The notes below the pieces were generated by a model. It was given only the letters and a program-made list of their open reading frames with translations, made no database searches and had not been told where the DNA came from. Of a stretch of 64,000 nt of DNA, positions 48,203 through 59,072 are shown piece by piece (the stretch's first letter is position 1; every line of letters starts with the position of its first letter). This stretch comes from Candidatus Omnitrophota bacterium (GTDB taxonomy: Bacteria > Omnitrophota > Gorgyraeia > Zapsychrales > JANLHA01): the NCBI GenBank assembly GCA_029560465.1, contig JAKQKX010000102.1, positions 4,601 through 68,600 on the forward strand. The letters run 5' to 3'. The translations under genes and the position numbers were made by a program.

Positions 48203-49285
48203 TCAGCGCAGCTTCTGACAGATCGCCTCCGCCATTTCCTGGGTGCCCACCGCGGAAGGATCGTCCCGCCGCAATTTCAAATCATATGTAACGGATTTCC
48301 CTTCCCGCAAAACATCTCGGACAGCCTGTTCCAGACGGTCTGCCTCCCGCGTTTTATTCATATAACGCAACATCATAACCGCGGACAAAATCGTGGCGGT
48401 CGGGTTGACCTTGTTTTTCCCGGCATACTTAGGCGCCGACCCATGAACCGGCTCAAAAAGGGCCGCATCTTCACCGATATTGGCTCCCGGGGCAATGCCC
48501 AGCCCGCCGACCAAACCAGCGCATAAATCAGAAATAATATCCCCATACAGATTGGGAAGGACAAGCACATCATACAGCTCCGGCTTCTGAACCAGCTGCA
48601 TGCACATATTATCCACGATCACATCCTCGAATTCGACTTTCCCCTCATAATCTTTGGCGACATCCCGGGCGACTTGCAAAAAAAGCCCATCAGTGTATTT
48701 CATAATATTCGCTTTATGGACAGCGCTGACTTTTTTTCGATTGTTCTTCACGGCGTAATCAAAAGCGGATTTAACAATCCGCCGGGAACATGTGATGGAA
48801 ATCGGTTTTATGGAAATCGCGGAATCCGCCCGGATGGGTTTAGGCTGCATCCGGTTGATTTCCTCAATCAAATGCGCCACGTCCTGACCACCCTGTTCAA
48901 ATTCGATTCCCGCGTATAAGTCCTCGGTGTTTTCTCTGAATATGACCAGATCCACCTTCTGGTTCACCGCTTTTGTTCCTTCATAATATCTTGCCGGCCG
49001 GACGCAGGCAAATAAATCCAGGACCTGGCGTAAATGAACATTCACAGAACGGAATCCCGCGCCCACCGGCGTCACAATCGGCCCCTTAATCGCGATTTTA
49101 TTCCGGCGGACAGACTCAATCGCCGCCTCGGGCAAAGGCGTGCCAAACCGCTGAATCGCATATTCCCCGACCGGGTGTTCTTCCCATTCTATTTCTGCTC
49201 CGGAGGCATCAACACATTTTTTCATAGCCAAGGATACTTCCGGGCCGATCCCGTCCCCCGGCAATAACGTAACGCGAATAGACAT
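48203..49285 (-). CDS. Isocitrate/isopropylmalate dehydrogenase-family enzyme (likely NAD-dependent isocitrate dehydrogenase)
   Basis: LLPGDGIGPEV start and IDH/IMDH motifs (NLYGDIISD, GSAPK); 360 aa; no leu genes nearby. Confidence 0.8.
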   Translation of the reverse strand: MSIRVTLLPGDGIGPEVSLAMKKCVDASGAEIEWEEHPVGEYAIQRFGTPLPEAAIESVRRNKIAIKGPIVTPVGAGFRSVNVHLRQVLDLFACVRPARYYEGTKAVNQKVDLVIFRENTEDLYAGIEFEQGGQDVAHLIEEINRMQPKPIRADSAISIKPISITCSRRIVKSAFDYAVKNNRKKVSAVHKANIMKYTDGLFLQVARDVAKDYEGKVEFEDVIVDNMCMQLVQKPELYDVLVLPNLYGDIISDLCAGLVGGLGIAPGANIGEDAALFEPVHGSAPKYAGKNKVNPTATILSAVMMLRYMNKTREADRLEQAVRDVLREGKSVTYDLKLRRDDPSAVGTQEMAEAICQKLR

Positions 49286-49302
49286 AAAACCAAAACCCCT
49301 CT

Positions 49303-50364
49303 TTATATAGATTTATCCAACAACTGGGCGAATTCTTCCTTATTCTTGACATAAACCATAGCGGTTTCATACGTGATCACCCCATCCTGATACAGCCTCT
49401 GCAGGGATTTGTCCATGGTGTGCATCCCGTAAGCGCTCCCCGTTTGAATGGCCGTGGGAAGCTGCTCAATCGCCTGTTCCCGGATCAGGTTCCGCACGCC
49501 CGGGGTCGCGATCATAATTTCCGTGGCCAAAACCCGCCCCTGCCCGTCCGCTTTCGGCAACAGGATTTGGGAAGCCACCCCCTGCAGGGCGGAAGACAGC
49601 TGCAGTTTGACCTGCTGCTGCTGGTGCGGAGGAAAGGCGTCAATAATACGTTCTATCGTCTGTGGCGCGTCCGGGGTGTGCAGGGTCGCCAAAACCAAAT
49701 GCCCCGTTTCAGCCGCCGTCAAAGCCGTCGAGATTGTCTCAAGATCGCGCATTTCCCCGACAACAATCACATCGGGGTCTTGGCGGAGGCACCGCTTCAG
49801 AGCTTCGGCGAAACTGTTGGTGTCCCGATAAACTTCCCGCTGTTTAATAATCGATTTCTTGTTAAAATGCACATATTCAATAGGGTCCTCGATCATAATC
49901 ACGAGGTTTTCCCGTTCCTCATTGATCAGGTTGATCATCGAGGCCAGTGTGGTCGTTTTTCCAGTTCCTGTCGGACCTGTGATCAAGACCAAACCGTTTG
50001 GCCTCCGGGCCAGGTCAACAATAACGGGCGGCAACCCAAGCTCCTCCATATTGGGAATAAAAATAGGGATCCGCCGGAACGCCGCTTCAGCTGCACCGCG
50101 CTGCAAATGGACGTTAACACGAAAACGGTCCATCCCGGAAAGTGCCAGGGAAAAATCCAGCTCCCTGTCGCGCTCAAAAATTTCTTTCTGGCTGTCCGTC
50201 AGGATGCTGTAAATCATCTTTTTGAGCTCGTCCCGGGACAAAGGGTTTTTGTTCGTCAACACCAATTTGCCGTCAATCCTTAACACAGGCGGCGTATCAT
50301 ACGTCAAGTGCAGGTCAGAAGCCCTCTTTTCTATTGTCAAAAGAAGAAGATCCCTTAACTCCAT
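49303..50364 (-). CDS. pilT: Type IV pilus retraction ATPase PilT
   Basis: Walker A ITGPTGTGKTTTLA and PilT-specific motifs; 353 aa. Confidence 0.9.
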   Translation of the reverse strand: MELRDLLLLTIEKRASDLHLTYDTPPVLRIDGKLVLTNKNPLSRDELKKMIYSILTDSQKEIFERDRELDFSLALSGMDRFRVNVHLQRGAAEAAFRRIPIFIPNMEELGLPPVIVDLARRPNGLVLITGPTGTGKTTTLASMINLINEERENLVIMIEDPIEYVHFNKKSIIKQREVYRDTNSFAEALKRCLRQDPDVIVVGEMRDLETISTALTAAETGHLVLATLHTPDAPQTIERIIDAFPPHQQQQVKLQLSSALQGVASQILLPKADGQGRVLATEIMIATPGVRNLIREQAIEQLPTAIQTGSAYGMHTMDKSLQRLYQDGVITYETAMVYVKNKEEFAQLLDKSI

Positions 50365-50443
50365 ATGAACTCCTTAGTTAAATTATTGAACCGATAGATT
50401 TGTGTCACGTCCGGTGCGGACAGGGCCAGGACAGAACAAAGGG

Positions 50444-51607
50444 TTAACGATTTTTGGCAATCCAGCCCGCGAGCCGTTTGACCCCTTCTTGAATTCTTTC
50501 TTTTGATGTGGAAAAACTCAAACGCATAAAACCAGGCGCCCCAAACCCGTCCCCGGGGATGAGCGCCACATTCACGTCGTTTAAAATACGCCGAGCCACG
50601 TCCTGAGAATCCCCTAAAGCAGAAAAATCACAAAAAAGGTAAAACGCACCTTCTGGTTTAATATACGTGATCCCGGGGATTTTATCCATCAAAGACATGA
50701 GCAGGTCCCGTCTTTGCTTAAATTCTTCCCGCATGGCAAGGATGCTCTCTTCCGAGGAACTCAACGCCTGCAAAGCCGCCTTTTGGCTGATTGAGGAGGG
50801 GTTCGACGTGGAATGGTCCTGAAATTTTTTCACATAATCCATGATTTCCTGAGGGCCCGCGCAATAACCGACGCGCCATCCCGTCATGGAAAAAGCCTTG
50901 GAGAAACCGTTCACCGTGATCGTCTTGGCATAGGCCTCCGGGCCTAGAGCGGCAATCGAAGGGCAGGTCGACGACTCGTAAATCAGTTTTTCATAAATTT
51001 CATCGCTGATAATCCAAATCCGGTTTTTCACGCATAATTCCGCAATCGGCCGCAACTCTTCAAGGCTATAAACCATGCCCGTGGGATTGGACGGAGAATT
51101 CAAGATAAGAATCTTGGTCTGTTTCGTTATATGCTGCTTGAGCATTGCGGCGTTAATTTTAAAATGGCTTTCAGCCGTCGTGGGGATAAAGCGGGAGGTC
51201 GCCCCAGAAACTTTCACCATCTCCGGGTAACTCACCCAGTAAGGGGACGGGATTAAAACTTCATCACCGTCGTCGGCAAGGACCTGAATCACATTATACA
51301 AGGAATGCTTCGCGCCACAAGACACCACGATCTGCTCCGGGGTGTATGCCAGGTTATTTTCACGCGCGAATTTCTTCGAAATTAACTGGCGAAGCTCCAA
51401 AGAGCCGACGCTGGGGGTATATTTCGTATAACCGTCCTCAATAGCCCGGATCGCCGCCTGTTTAATTTCAGGAGGCGTATCAAAATCCGGCTCTCCACCG
51501 GCGAAACTAACCACGTCTTGCCCCTGCGCGCACAGTTCCTTCGCGCGCGCCGTAATAGCCAAGGTGGAAGACCCCACCAGAGACTTAATCCTGCGATTGA
51601 TATCCAC
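50444..51607 (-). CDS. Class I pyridoxal-phosphate aminotransferase (aspartate aminotransferase-like)
   Basis: PLP-lysine context SKAFSMTGWRVGY; 387 aa. Confidence 0.85.
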   Translation of the reverse strand: MDINRRIKSLVGSSTLAITARAKELCAQGQDVVSFAGGEPDFDTPPEIKQAAIRAIEDGYTKYTPSVGSLELRQLISKKFARENNLAYTPEQIVVSCGAKHSLYNVIQVLADDGDEVLIPSPYWVSYPEMVKVSGATSRFIPTTAESHFKINAAMLKQHITKQTKILILNSPSNPTGMVYSLEELRPIAELCVKNRIWIISDEIYEKLIYESSTCPSIAALGPEAYAKTITVNGFSKAFSMTGWRVGYCAGPQEIMDYVKKFQDHSTSNPSSISQKAALQALSSSEESILAMREEFKQRRDLLMSLMDKIPGITYIKPEGAFYLFCDFSALGDSQDVARRILNDVNVALIPGDGFGAPGFMRLSFSTSKERIQEGVKRLAGWIAKNR

Positions 51608-51630
51608 GACGGGAACCTCCCTCTTAAAAA

Positions 51631-52230
51631 TTATTCAGAGGTGCTTTTTCTTCTAAAAATTTTCTTTATGCCCCCCATGGCTCGCTTTTCCGGCGTGCTT
51701 TTATCCTTCTTTTCTTTCGGAACGGGCGCCTTGGACACTTTGGAGGATGAGGTTTTAGAAATATCCGGCTGTTTGCTTTCCGGACTTATTTCCGCAGGAG
51801 CAACACCAGGGCTGGCCGGTGTTTTCTTTTTGGCAACGGCCGCTTTCTTAGCCTTTTGGACCGGCGCCGGCTTTTTCTCGGTAAGCTCTAGCACGACCAT
51901 CTGGGCGTTATCACCCCGGCGGTTCAACGCTAAAGGAATGATGCGGGTATACCCGCCCTGGCGCATTTGAAAACGCGGGGCGATCTTGTTAAACAACTCA
52001 CTCACCAACTTATGATCACACAGAACAGCAAAAGCCTGGCGACGGTGCGCAAGGGTGCCTTTCTTGCCTAAGGTAATGAGCTGGTCGACCAATTTGCGTG
52101 ACTCTTTGGCCTTTGCCTTAGTTGTAAAAATTTTTTCCCGCAAAAGGGTTGCCTTGGCAATATCCCTTACCGTGGCTTTCCGCCAACTTGAATTTCGACC
52201 TAGCTTATTCCCTGCAATTCCGTGTCTCAT
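51631..52230 (-). CDS. rplQ: 50S ribosomal protein L17 with a Lys/Pro/Ala-rich C-terminal extension of about 80 aa
   Basis: MRHGIAGNKLGRNSSWRKA L17 start; tail KKPAPVQKAKKAAVAKKKTP... Confidence 0.9.
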   Translation of the reverse strand: MRHGIAGNKLGRNSSWRKATVRDIAKATLLREKIFTTKAKAKESRKLVDQLITLGKKGTLAHRRQAFAVLCDHKLVSELFNKIAPRFQMRQGGYTRIIPLALNRRGDNAQMVVLELTEKKPAPVQKAKKAAVAKKKTPASPGVAPAEISPESKQPDISKTSSSKVSKAPVPKEKKDKSTPEKRAMGGIKKIFRRKSTSE

Positions 52231-52269
52231 AAAACATCTCTTCCTTTGTGTCGCTTCTTTACAGGAGCA

Positions 52270-53268
52270 TCAGGGCTCAATTGTCTTTTTTAGTTTCTTC
52301 AGATCAAGCTTCATCCCCAGATGCAACCCCATAATTTTCAGCAAATCATTGATCTCGGTTAACGATTTCTTCCCAAAATTCCTGAAGCTTAAAAGCTCCG
52401 ACTCTGTTTTCCGCACCAACTCGGCGATGGTCTTGATGTTGGCATCTTTCAGGCAGTTCGCACTCCGCACGGAAAGTTCCAATTCGGAAATCGGAAGCCG
52501 CAATTTTTCATACATGGCTTCTTCCTCTGCCGATATTTCCTCCTCTTCCTCTTCTTCTTCCGGAAGCTGACCATACGCGACAAAGACGTCGAGATGGCGC
52601 TGGAGGATGTTGGCCCCGTAAAGCAAAGCTTCCTTGGGTTCTATCCCGCCGTTAGTCCAGATTTCAAGGACCAACCGGTCATAATCCGTTCGCTGCCCGA
52701 CGCGGGTATTTTCCACGTAAAAATTCACTTTTGTGATGGGCGTAAAAATTGAGTCAACGGCGATGGCCCCGACCGTCAGCCCCTCATTTTTATGAACCTC
52801 GGCGGGAACGTATCCACGGCCTTTGCACACTTCCATCTCCATGTTAAACGGGATGTCCTGTGTGAGCGTTGCGATCTGATGAGTCGGGTTCATAATCTCT
52901 ACCGTTTCATCGGTGATAATATCCCGTGCCAGAATCGGCCCGACTTTATCTTTCTTAACATAAATTGTTTTGGGAACCTTAGAATGTGAACGAAGGACCA
53001 AAGCCTTAACATTCATAATAATATCCGTCACCGGCTCCAAAACCCCTTGCAGTGTAGAGAATTCATGCTGCACCCCTTCAATACGAATGGATGTCACCGC
53101 ACTGCCTTCAATGGAAGACAACAGGATTCTCCGCAGAGAATTACCTAAAGTTACCCCATAGCCCCGCTCAAAAGGTTCCGCAACAAAACGGCCGTAGCGC
53201 GTTGTATACGTTGATTCTTCACAGTCTAACCGTTTGGGCATCTGGAAATCTCGCCACTTGACTCCCAT
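52270..53268 (-). CDS. rpoA: DNA-directed RNA polymerase alpha subunit
   Basis: NTD motifs ([17 protein letters not shown]) and CTD; poly-Glu linker [14 protein letters not shown]. Confidence 0.95.
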   Translation of the reverse strand: MGVKWRDFQMPKRLDCEESTYTTRYGRFVAEPFERGYGVTLGNSLRRILLSSIEGSAVTSIRIEGVQHEFSTLQGVLEPVTDIIMNVKALVLRSHSKVPKTIYVKKDKVGPILARDIITDETVEIMNPTHQIATLTQDIPFNMEMEVCKGRGYVPAEVHKNEGLTVGAIAVDSIFTPITKVNFYVENTRVGQRTDYDRLVLEIWTNGGIEPKEALLYGANILQRHLDVFVAYGQLPEEEEEEEEISAEEEAMYEKLRLPISELELSVRSANCLKDANIKTIAELVRKTESELLSFRNFGKKSLTEINDLLKIMGLHLGMKLDLKKLKKTIEP

Positions 53269-53308
53269 AGTCTCCTCCTAAATTAAATATATGCTGCTTG
53301 AGAGAGTT

Positions 53309-53935
53309 TTATCTTGAATAAAGCTCGACAATCAACTGCTCGTTGACAGGATAGCCGACATCTTCTCTTTCCGGCAAACGCAATACTTTCCCTTTAAAAT
53401 GCTCCGGGTCACCCATCAACCATGCGGGGACAGTTCTGCTTTGCGAGGCCTCAAGATTTTCTTTGACTTTGTCTTTTCCCTTTTTATCAAATTTCAGGGA
53501 CACTTCGTCATTCTGTTTAATGAGATACGAAGGAACATTCACCCGATGATCGTTGACATAAACAAATCCATGGGAAACAAACTGCCGGGCCTGTTTCCGG
53601 GACAGCGCAAATCCGAGTTGATAGACAACGTTATCCAACCGGCGCTCCAGGAATTGCAGCAAAATGGACCCGGTTACCCCTTTCTTGCAGGCCGCTTTCC
53701 CAAAATAAAGGCGGAACTGTTTTTCCAAAAGACCATAGATCCTTTTGACCTTCTGTTTCTCGCGCAGCTGCAAACCGTAGTTAGACAATTTCGATCGCTT
53801 GGCGCCATGGTCTCCCGGAGCATATTCCCTGCGGTCAAAAGCGCAGCGATGAGTATTACACCGGGTCCCTTTGAGGAACAATTTTTCCCCTTCCCGCCTG
53901 CATTTCTTACAACTCGGCTCTAAATCTCTTGCCAT
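53309..53935 (-). CDS. rpsD: 30S ribosomal protein S4
   Basis: Zn-ribbon CKKCRREGEKLFLKGTRC and S4 domain; start set at MARDLEPS. Confidence 0.95.
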   Translation of the reverse strand: MARDLEPSCKKCRREGEKLFLKGTRCNTHRCAFDRREYAPGDHGAKRSKLSNYGLQLREKQKVKRIYGLLEKQFRLYFGKAACKKGVTGSILLQFLERRLDNVVYQLGFALSRKQARQFVSHGFVYVNDHRVNVPSYLIKQNDEVSLKFDKKGKDKVKENLEASQSRTVPAWLMGDPEHFKGKVLRLPEREDVGYPVNEQLIVELYSR

Positions 53936-53984
53936 GCTACTCTCTTTCCTTTCTTTAATGTCCTTCTTCTCTAAAGCGGTGGCC

Positions 53985-54392
53985 CTAAACTCTTCTCTTC
54001 TTGCGTGGCCGGCACCCATTGTGCGGCATAGGGGTCACATCCCGGATCGACATAACATTCAGCCCCGCAGCCTGAACAGCCCGGATCGCCGACTCACGTC
54101 CGGAACCTGGCCCCTTCACATAAATATCGACACTGTTCAATCCCAATTCTTTCGCTTCCTTCGCAGCCGAACCAGCCGCGACCTGAGCGGCAAAAGGGGT
54201 GGATTTTTTGGACCCACTGAATCCAACCGCCCCTGGGCTAGACCAAGAGATCGCATTCCCCTGCTTATCTGTGATCGTAATAAGCGTGTTGTTAAAGGTC
54301 GCCTTGATATGCACAATTCCGACGGTGACGCCTTTAAGCATCTTCTTTTTTAATTTCTTTTCTTTCCTGACTGAAACCTTGCCTTTTGCCAT
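53985..54392 (-). CDS. rpsK: 30S ribosomal protein S11
   Basis: [18 protein letters not shown] motif. Confidence 0.95.
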   Translation of the reverse strand: MAKGKVSVRKEKKLKKKMLKGVTVGIVHIKATFNNTLITITDKQGNAISWSSPGAVGFSGSKKSTPFAAQVAAGSAAKEAKELGLNSVDIYVKGPGSGRESAIRAVQAAGLNVMSIRDVTPMPHNGCRPRKKRRV

Positions 54393-54422
54393 ATCATATC
54401 CTCAAATGTATTACACCTGTTA

Positions 54423-54788
54423 TTACTTCTTGCCGCCGACAACCCCCTTACGGCCTTTTCGGGTACGGGCGTTCGTTTTTGTCCTCTGCCCACGGGCCGG
54501 AAGGCCTTTGCGATGACGAAGCCCCCGGTACGACCCCATATCCATATGACGACGGATATTCTGCGTCACATCCCGCCGCAGATCACCTTCAACGAGGAAA
54601 TTATTCTGGATCACGCTTGTCAAACGGGCGATTTCCTCATCAGAGAGATCTTTGGCCCGGCGACCATATTCGATATTCGCCTCATCCAACGCTTTGCGGG
54701 CTGTCGTTGGACCGATCCCATACAGAAAAGGCAACGCCGCATCGATTCTTTTTTCTCTGGGTATGTCCACACCTAATATTCTTGGCAT
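54423..54788 (-). CDS. rpsM: 30S ribosomal protein S13
   Basis: MPRILGVDIP start, 121 aa. Confidence 0.95.
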   Translation of the reverse strand: MPRILGVDIPREKRIDAALPFLYGIGPTTARKALDEANIEYGRRAKDLSDEEIARLTSVIQNNFLVEGDLRRDVTQNIRRHMDMGSYRGLRHRKGLPARGQRTKTNARTRKGRKGVVGGKK

Positions 54789-54842
54789 ATTCCGTTCCTC
54801 AAACGATTGATTATATTAAAAACCAGGCCCTGCCGAATTCTG

Positions 54843-54956
54843 TTACCCTTGTCTTTGCTTATGTTTCGGATTAGAACAAATAACCCTTACGACATTTTTG
54901 CGCCGCACAATTTTACAATTACTACAAATTCTTCTTACTGATGATTTTACTTTCAT
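54843..54956 (-). CDS. rpmJ: 50S ribosomal protein L36
   Basis: 37-aa ORF not in the track: [37 protein letters not shown]; its start overlaps the infA stop in a TAATG junction. Confidence 0.85.
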   Translation of the reverse strand: MKVKSSVRRICSNCKIVRRKNVVRVICSNPKHKQRQG

Positions 54957-55174
54957 TATTTGCACCTATAAGTAATTCTGCCCCGTGTCAAATCATAGGG
55001 CGAGAGTTCCAGCTTCACCCGATCTCCGGGGAGGATCCGAATAAAATGCATCCGAATTTTTCCAGAGATATGCGCCTTGACTTCATGACCGTTATCCAGT
55101 TTAACCCGGAAAAGCGCATTGGGCAACGCTTCCATGATAACCCCTTCAACTTCAATTAAATCTTCCTTGGCCAT
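54956..55174 (-). CDS. infA: Translation initiation factor IF-1
   Basis: 72 aa S1-like OB fold, [13 protein letters not shown]... Confidence 0.95.
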   Translation of the reverse strand: MAKEDLIEVEGVIMEALPNALFRVKLDNGHEVKAHISGKIRMHFIRILPGDRVKLELSPYDLTRGRITYRCK

Positions 55175-55184
55175 ATACGTTTCT

Positions 55185-55946
55185 CTAACAGGACGTCAAA
55201 ATCCGAGGCCCTTCTTTTGTCACCGCGATCGTATGTTCAAAATGCGCGGAAGGTTTGCCATCCAGTGTTTCCACCGTCCATCCGTCATCTAAAATTTTTG
55301 TCTGCCACGACCCCAAGTTCACCATCGGCTCGATGGCTAAAACCATACCCTCTTCCAAGACCGGGCCTTGATGCGGAGGGCCGAAATTCGGGATTTCCGG
55401 CTCCTCATGCAGATTCCGCCCGATGCCATGACCGACAAAATCACGCACGACTGAATAACCTTTGGCCTCAACAAAATTTTGAATCGCGTTTGATATGTCC
55501 GAAAGGTGATTATCCACTCGGGCCTGGGTAATGCCAACTTGAAGAGCCAACTCGGTCACCTGCAACAAATCGTTCAATTCCTTGGAGAGGGATCCCACAC
55601 CAACCGTAACCGCCGTATCAGAAAAAAACTCATTATGTATAATCCCGATATCCACGCTCACGATATCACCATCCCTGATCACTTTCGGCCCCGGGATGCC
55701 ATGAACGACTTCTTGATTAATCGAAACACACGCACAACTGGGATATCCGCGGTATCCTTTGAAGGCCGGGATAACGTTTCTTTCCGCGATCAGCCCTTCG
55801 CAAAGGGCATCCACATCCGCAGTTGTCATTCCAGATTTTAAAGAACAAATTAAATCCTTAACAATCCCCGCCAAAAGCCTCCCCGCCTCGGCACAAGCTT
55901 CAACCTCTGCGGGTGACTTGATTTTGATCTGATGTTTTTGACTCAT
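55185..55946 (-). CDS. map: Methionine aminopeptidase type I
   Basis: M24A metal ligands; [10 protein letters not shown] start. Confidence 0.9.
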   Translation of the reverse strand: MSQKHQIKIKSPAEVEACAEAGRLLAGIVKDLICSLKSGMTTADVDALCEGLIAERNVIPAFKGYRGYPSCACVSINQEVVHGIPGPKVIRDGDIVSVDIGIIHNEFFSDTAVTVGVGSLSKELNDLLQVTELALQVGITQARVDNHLSDISNAIQNFVEAKGYSVVRDFVGHGIGRNLHEEPEIPNFGPPHQGPVLEEGMVLAIEPMVNLGSWQTKILDDGWTVETLDGKPSAHFEHTIAVTKEGPRILTSC

Positions 55947-56586
55947 TCAGAATATCGCTTAACTCATTTAACAATTCCGCCGTCTTTTTCTCGGCGTTAA
56001 ATGTGTGCAATTTATTTTGATTTAAATAATATTCCACAATCGGCTGGGTGCTTTCCTTATACACCTTCATGCGGTTGGTAATCGTCCCTTCATTGTCATC
56101 CGCACGCTGATATAATTCCCCTCCGCAACGATCGCACAGTCCTTCCTTTTTGGGGGGCATGTTCTCAGTATGATAAATCGCATTGCATGCCCGGCATAAG
56201 CGCCGTCCCGTGAGCCGTTGAACGATAACCGGAAGCCCCGCCTCCATATAAACAACCAAGTCAATCGGCTGCCGCATCCGGGCAAGGATACGGTCCAATG
56301 ATTCGGCTTGCGCAGTCGTCCGTGGAAATCCGTCCAGCAAATACCCGCACGCGGTCACGTCCTTCTGCCCTAAACGCTCCTCCATAATCTTGATAACCAA
56401 TTCATCCGGAACGAGCCCGCCACTCTCAACATAGGTTTTCACACGCCGCCCTAAGTCTGAACCGCTTTTCATCGCCTCGCGCAGTATATCACCGGTGGAA
56501 ATATGAACGAGCCCGAACGATTCCTTAATCATGCCGGCGAAAGTCCCTTTCCCGGCGCCGGGAGGCCCAAGCAACACCAAATTCAT
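55900..56586 (-). CDS. adk: Adenylate kinase
   Basis: P-loop GPPGAGKGT and LID-domain CxxC...CxxC zinc motif. Confidence 0.9.
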   Translation of the reverse strand: MNLVLLGPPGAGKGTFAGMIKESFGLVHISTGDILREAMKSGSDLGRRVKTYVESGGLVPDELVIKIMEERLGQKDVTACGYLLDGFPRTTAQAESLDRILARMRQPIDLVVYMEAGLPVIVQRLTGRRLCRACNAIYHTENMPPKKEGLCDRCGGELYQRADDNEGTITNRMKVYKESTQPIVEYYLNQNKLHTFNAEKKTAELLNELSDILNESKTSDQNQVTRRG

Positions 56587-57923
56587 CGTCGCCCCCTTAA
56601 TTGCCCTGACTTCATAAAACCATCGTAATGACGCATCAATAAATGTGATTCAATCTGTTTCATCGTGTCCAGCATAACCCCAACCGTGATCAGGACGCCG
56701 GTTCCGCCAAAAAATGACGCCACGAGATACGGGACCCGGAAAGACGCCATGATGGCATCCGGCATGACCGCAATGGCGCAGATGAAAAATGCGCCGGCCA
56801 AAGTGATCCGTTCCAAAACGAACTCTAAATAATTCGCTGTCTGGACTCCCGGGCGGACCCCCGGGATAAACCCGCCGTGTTTCTTGAGATTTTCAGCGAC
56901 ATCAATCGGATTAAACACGATCGCGGTATAAAAATAGCAGAAGAAAATAATCAACAAGCCGTACAGCCCATAATAAAACACGTGCCCTCTTTGCAGAAAA
57001 GACGCGAAACTCTGAAACCCCTGTGAAGGTATGAAACTGGCCAATGTCGCCGGGAAAAGAATAATAGACTGGGCGAAAATGATCGCGATGATCCCGGATG
57101 TGTCCACCTTCAAAGGAAGATATGTGCTCTGCCCCCCATACACTTTCCGGCCAACAATCCGCCTGGCATATTGGACGGGGATTTTCCTCTGCGCCTGCGT
57201 AATCAGGGTAATCGCCACCACAACCGCCACCAAAAATATAATCATCATGAGCAGCGTCAACGGCTGCAATTGAGCGGCCCCCACGGTTTTGGCATTCATC
57301 AATAAAACCAAAGTTTGAATGGCCTGCGGCGCCGAAGAAACAATGCCTGCCGTAATAATCAACGATATCCCCTGCCCTATTCCGCGTTCCTGAATCTGCT
57401 CTCCGAGCCACATCAGCAACAGCGTCCCGCAGGTTAACGTCAAAACCGTTGAAATGCGGAAAGCCCAACCGGGATTATTGACAATCTTAACGTCGCCGAA
57501 CCCGTTTTCCATCCACAGCGCGATAAAAAAAGACTGCACCAGACACAACCCTAAAGTTCCATAGCGCGTATACTGGTTAATTTTATGATACCCAGCCTGT
57601 CCTTCCTTAGATAATTTTTCAAGGGCGGGAAGAACAGCCGTCAAAAGCTGCATAATGATTGAGCTGGAAATATACGGCATGATCCCAAGGGCGAACACAG
57701 TCATCTTGGCGATGGCGCCCCCGGAAAACATATTAATAATACCAAAGATTGAACCGGCATTGGAGGTGCTTAACTTCAGGAAATACTCCGTGAGCACAGC
57801 CCCGTTCACCCCCGGGGTTGGGATAAAGCAACCGACACGGTACAAAGCAATGATTCCCATCGTCATTAGGATTCTTTTTCTTAAGTCAGGGATTTTAAAA
57901 CAGTTGGCAAATCCGGATATCAT
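56583..57923 (-). CDS. secY: Preprotein translocase subunit SecY
   Basis: 10-TM SecY; canonical position between rplO and adk. Confidence 0.95.
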   Translation of the reverse strand: MISGFANCFKIPDLRKRILMTMGIIALYRVGCFIPTPGVNGAVLTEYFLKLSTSNAGSIFGIINMFSGGAIAKMTVFALGIMPYISSSIIMQLLTAVLPALEKLSKEGQAGYHKINQYTRYGTLGLCLVQSFFIALWMENGFGDVKIVNNPGWAFRISTVLTLTCGTLLLMWLGEQIQERGIGQGISLIITAGIVSSAPQAIQTLVLLMNAKTVGAAQLQPLTLLMMIIFLVAVVVAITLITQAQRKIPVQYARRIVGRKVYGGQSTYLPLKVDTSGIIAIIFAQSIILFPATLASFIPSQGFQSFASFLQRGHVFYYGLYGLLIIFFCYFYTAIVFNPIDVAENLKKHGGFIPGVRPGVQTANYLEFVLERITLAGAFFICAIAVMPDAIMASFRVPYLVASFFGGTGVLITVGVMLDTMKQIESHLLMRHYDGFMKSGQLRGRR

Positions 57924-57932
57924 AGGAACCGA

Positions 57933-58403
57933 TTACTTATACTTTTCTTTTAAAATGTTTTTATCAATAATTTTTATCTGCCCACCGGCGTTTTTGATGA
58001 TTTCTTCCGCCCGTTTCGAAAAACCATACGCTTCAATCTGAAATGCGTGCTTAATATCAGAGTTTCCGACCACCTTATAGGGTTTAAACATGTTTTTAAT
58101 GAACCCCTTTTCCTGCAAGGTCTCGGCATCAAGCTTCCCGCCGGAATTCAGGGCAGCCAGTTGCTTCAAGGAAACCAATTTGTACAAAACGGGCCGCCGG
58201 CTACGGAACCCCACTTTCGGAAGACGCCGGATAAGAGGCATCTGCCCGCCCTCTAATTGTTTCTGAATCCCCCGGCCGGACCGGGAGTTCTGCCCGGTTT
58301 GCCCACGGCAAGAAGTTTTCCCATGCCCGGAGCCATTACCACGGCCCACAATTTTACGCCTTTTTTTCGCCCCGTTCGCCGGTTTCAAATCATGAAGTTG
58401 CAT
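57933..58403 (-). CDS. rplO: 50S ribosomal protein L15
   Basis: Gly/Arg-rich N-terminus [15 protein letters not shown]. Confidence 0.9.
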   Translation of the reverse strand: MQLHDLKPANGAKKRRKIVGRGNGSGHGKTSCRGQTGQNSRSGRGIQKQLEGGQMPLIRRLPKVGFRSRRPVLYKLVSLKQLAALNSGGKLDAETLQEKGFIKNMFKPYKVVGNSDIKHAFQIEAYGFSKRAEEIIKNAGGQIKIIDKNILKEKYK

Positions 58404-59052
58404 TAGTCTGTACCTGTTCCAATTCCTTATATTGTTTAAATTTCATGCGGGTAAGACCATCCATCGTAGCCTTAACGACATTTATCGGGTTATTGCTGCG
58501 GTGGCATTTTGTCAGGATATTATGGATACCAGCCCCTTCACACACCGCCCGGACCGGCCCAGCCGCGATAACCCCGGTACCGTCGGAAGCCGGCTTCAAT
58601 AAAACCTCCGCGCCGCCACAGACCCCTATAATCTCATGAGGAATGGTGGTTCCTTTCATGGGAATCTTCACCATGCTCTTTTTCGCGCGCATCAACGCCT
58701 TACGAATCGCGATCGCCACTTCCCCGGCCTTGGCCAAATTATACCCGACGTTCCCTTTCATATCACCGACAACGACCAACGCACTGAAGGACAATTTCTT
58801 GCCCCCTTTGGTCACCTTGGTCACACGCTTGATCGACAAGACTTTCTCCATAAAATCGGAAGGCTCGGCAACGAACTTTTTCTGGGATGCCCGCTCGCCT
58901 CCCCCTTGCCGGGAAGGGGAACGCTCTCTCCTCTTGCTAGGACCTCTCCCGCTAGAGTCTTTCGGGCTCTCGGGCCTGGAAGCAACAGGTTGTCCTTCGT
59001 GGTGTTCCTGCGGATTGTTATTTTCGTTATCCATAAATATCGCTCTCCCCAA
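58390..59052 (-). CDS. rpsE: 30S ribosomal protein S5 with a low-complexity N-terminal extension of about 50 aa
   Basis: S5 core ([21 protein letters not shown]...) preceded by an Arg/Ser/Gly-rich segment; no L30 gene between rpsE and rplO. Confidence 0.9.
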   Translation of the reverse strand: MGRAIFMDNENNNPQEHHEGQPVASRPESPKDSSGRGPSKRRERSPSRQGGGERASQKKFVAEPSDFMEKVLSIKRVTKVTKGGKKLSFSALVVVGDMKGNVGYNLAKAGEVAIAIRKALMRAKKSMVKIPMKGTTIPHEIIGVCGGAEVLLKPASDGTGVIAAGPVRAVCEGAGIHNILTKCHRSNNPINVVKATMDGLTRMKFKQYKELEQVQTNATS

Positions 59053-59072
59053 ATAAATTGTGTTTGGGCATG

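Noticed and set aside
49420-50283. 287-aa plus-strand ORF opposite pilT
   Set aside because: PilT motifs are unambiguous on the minus strand; plus-strand product is Arg/Gln-rich with no features.
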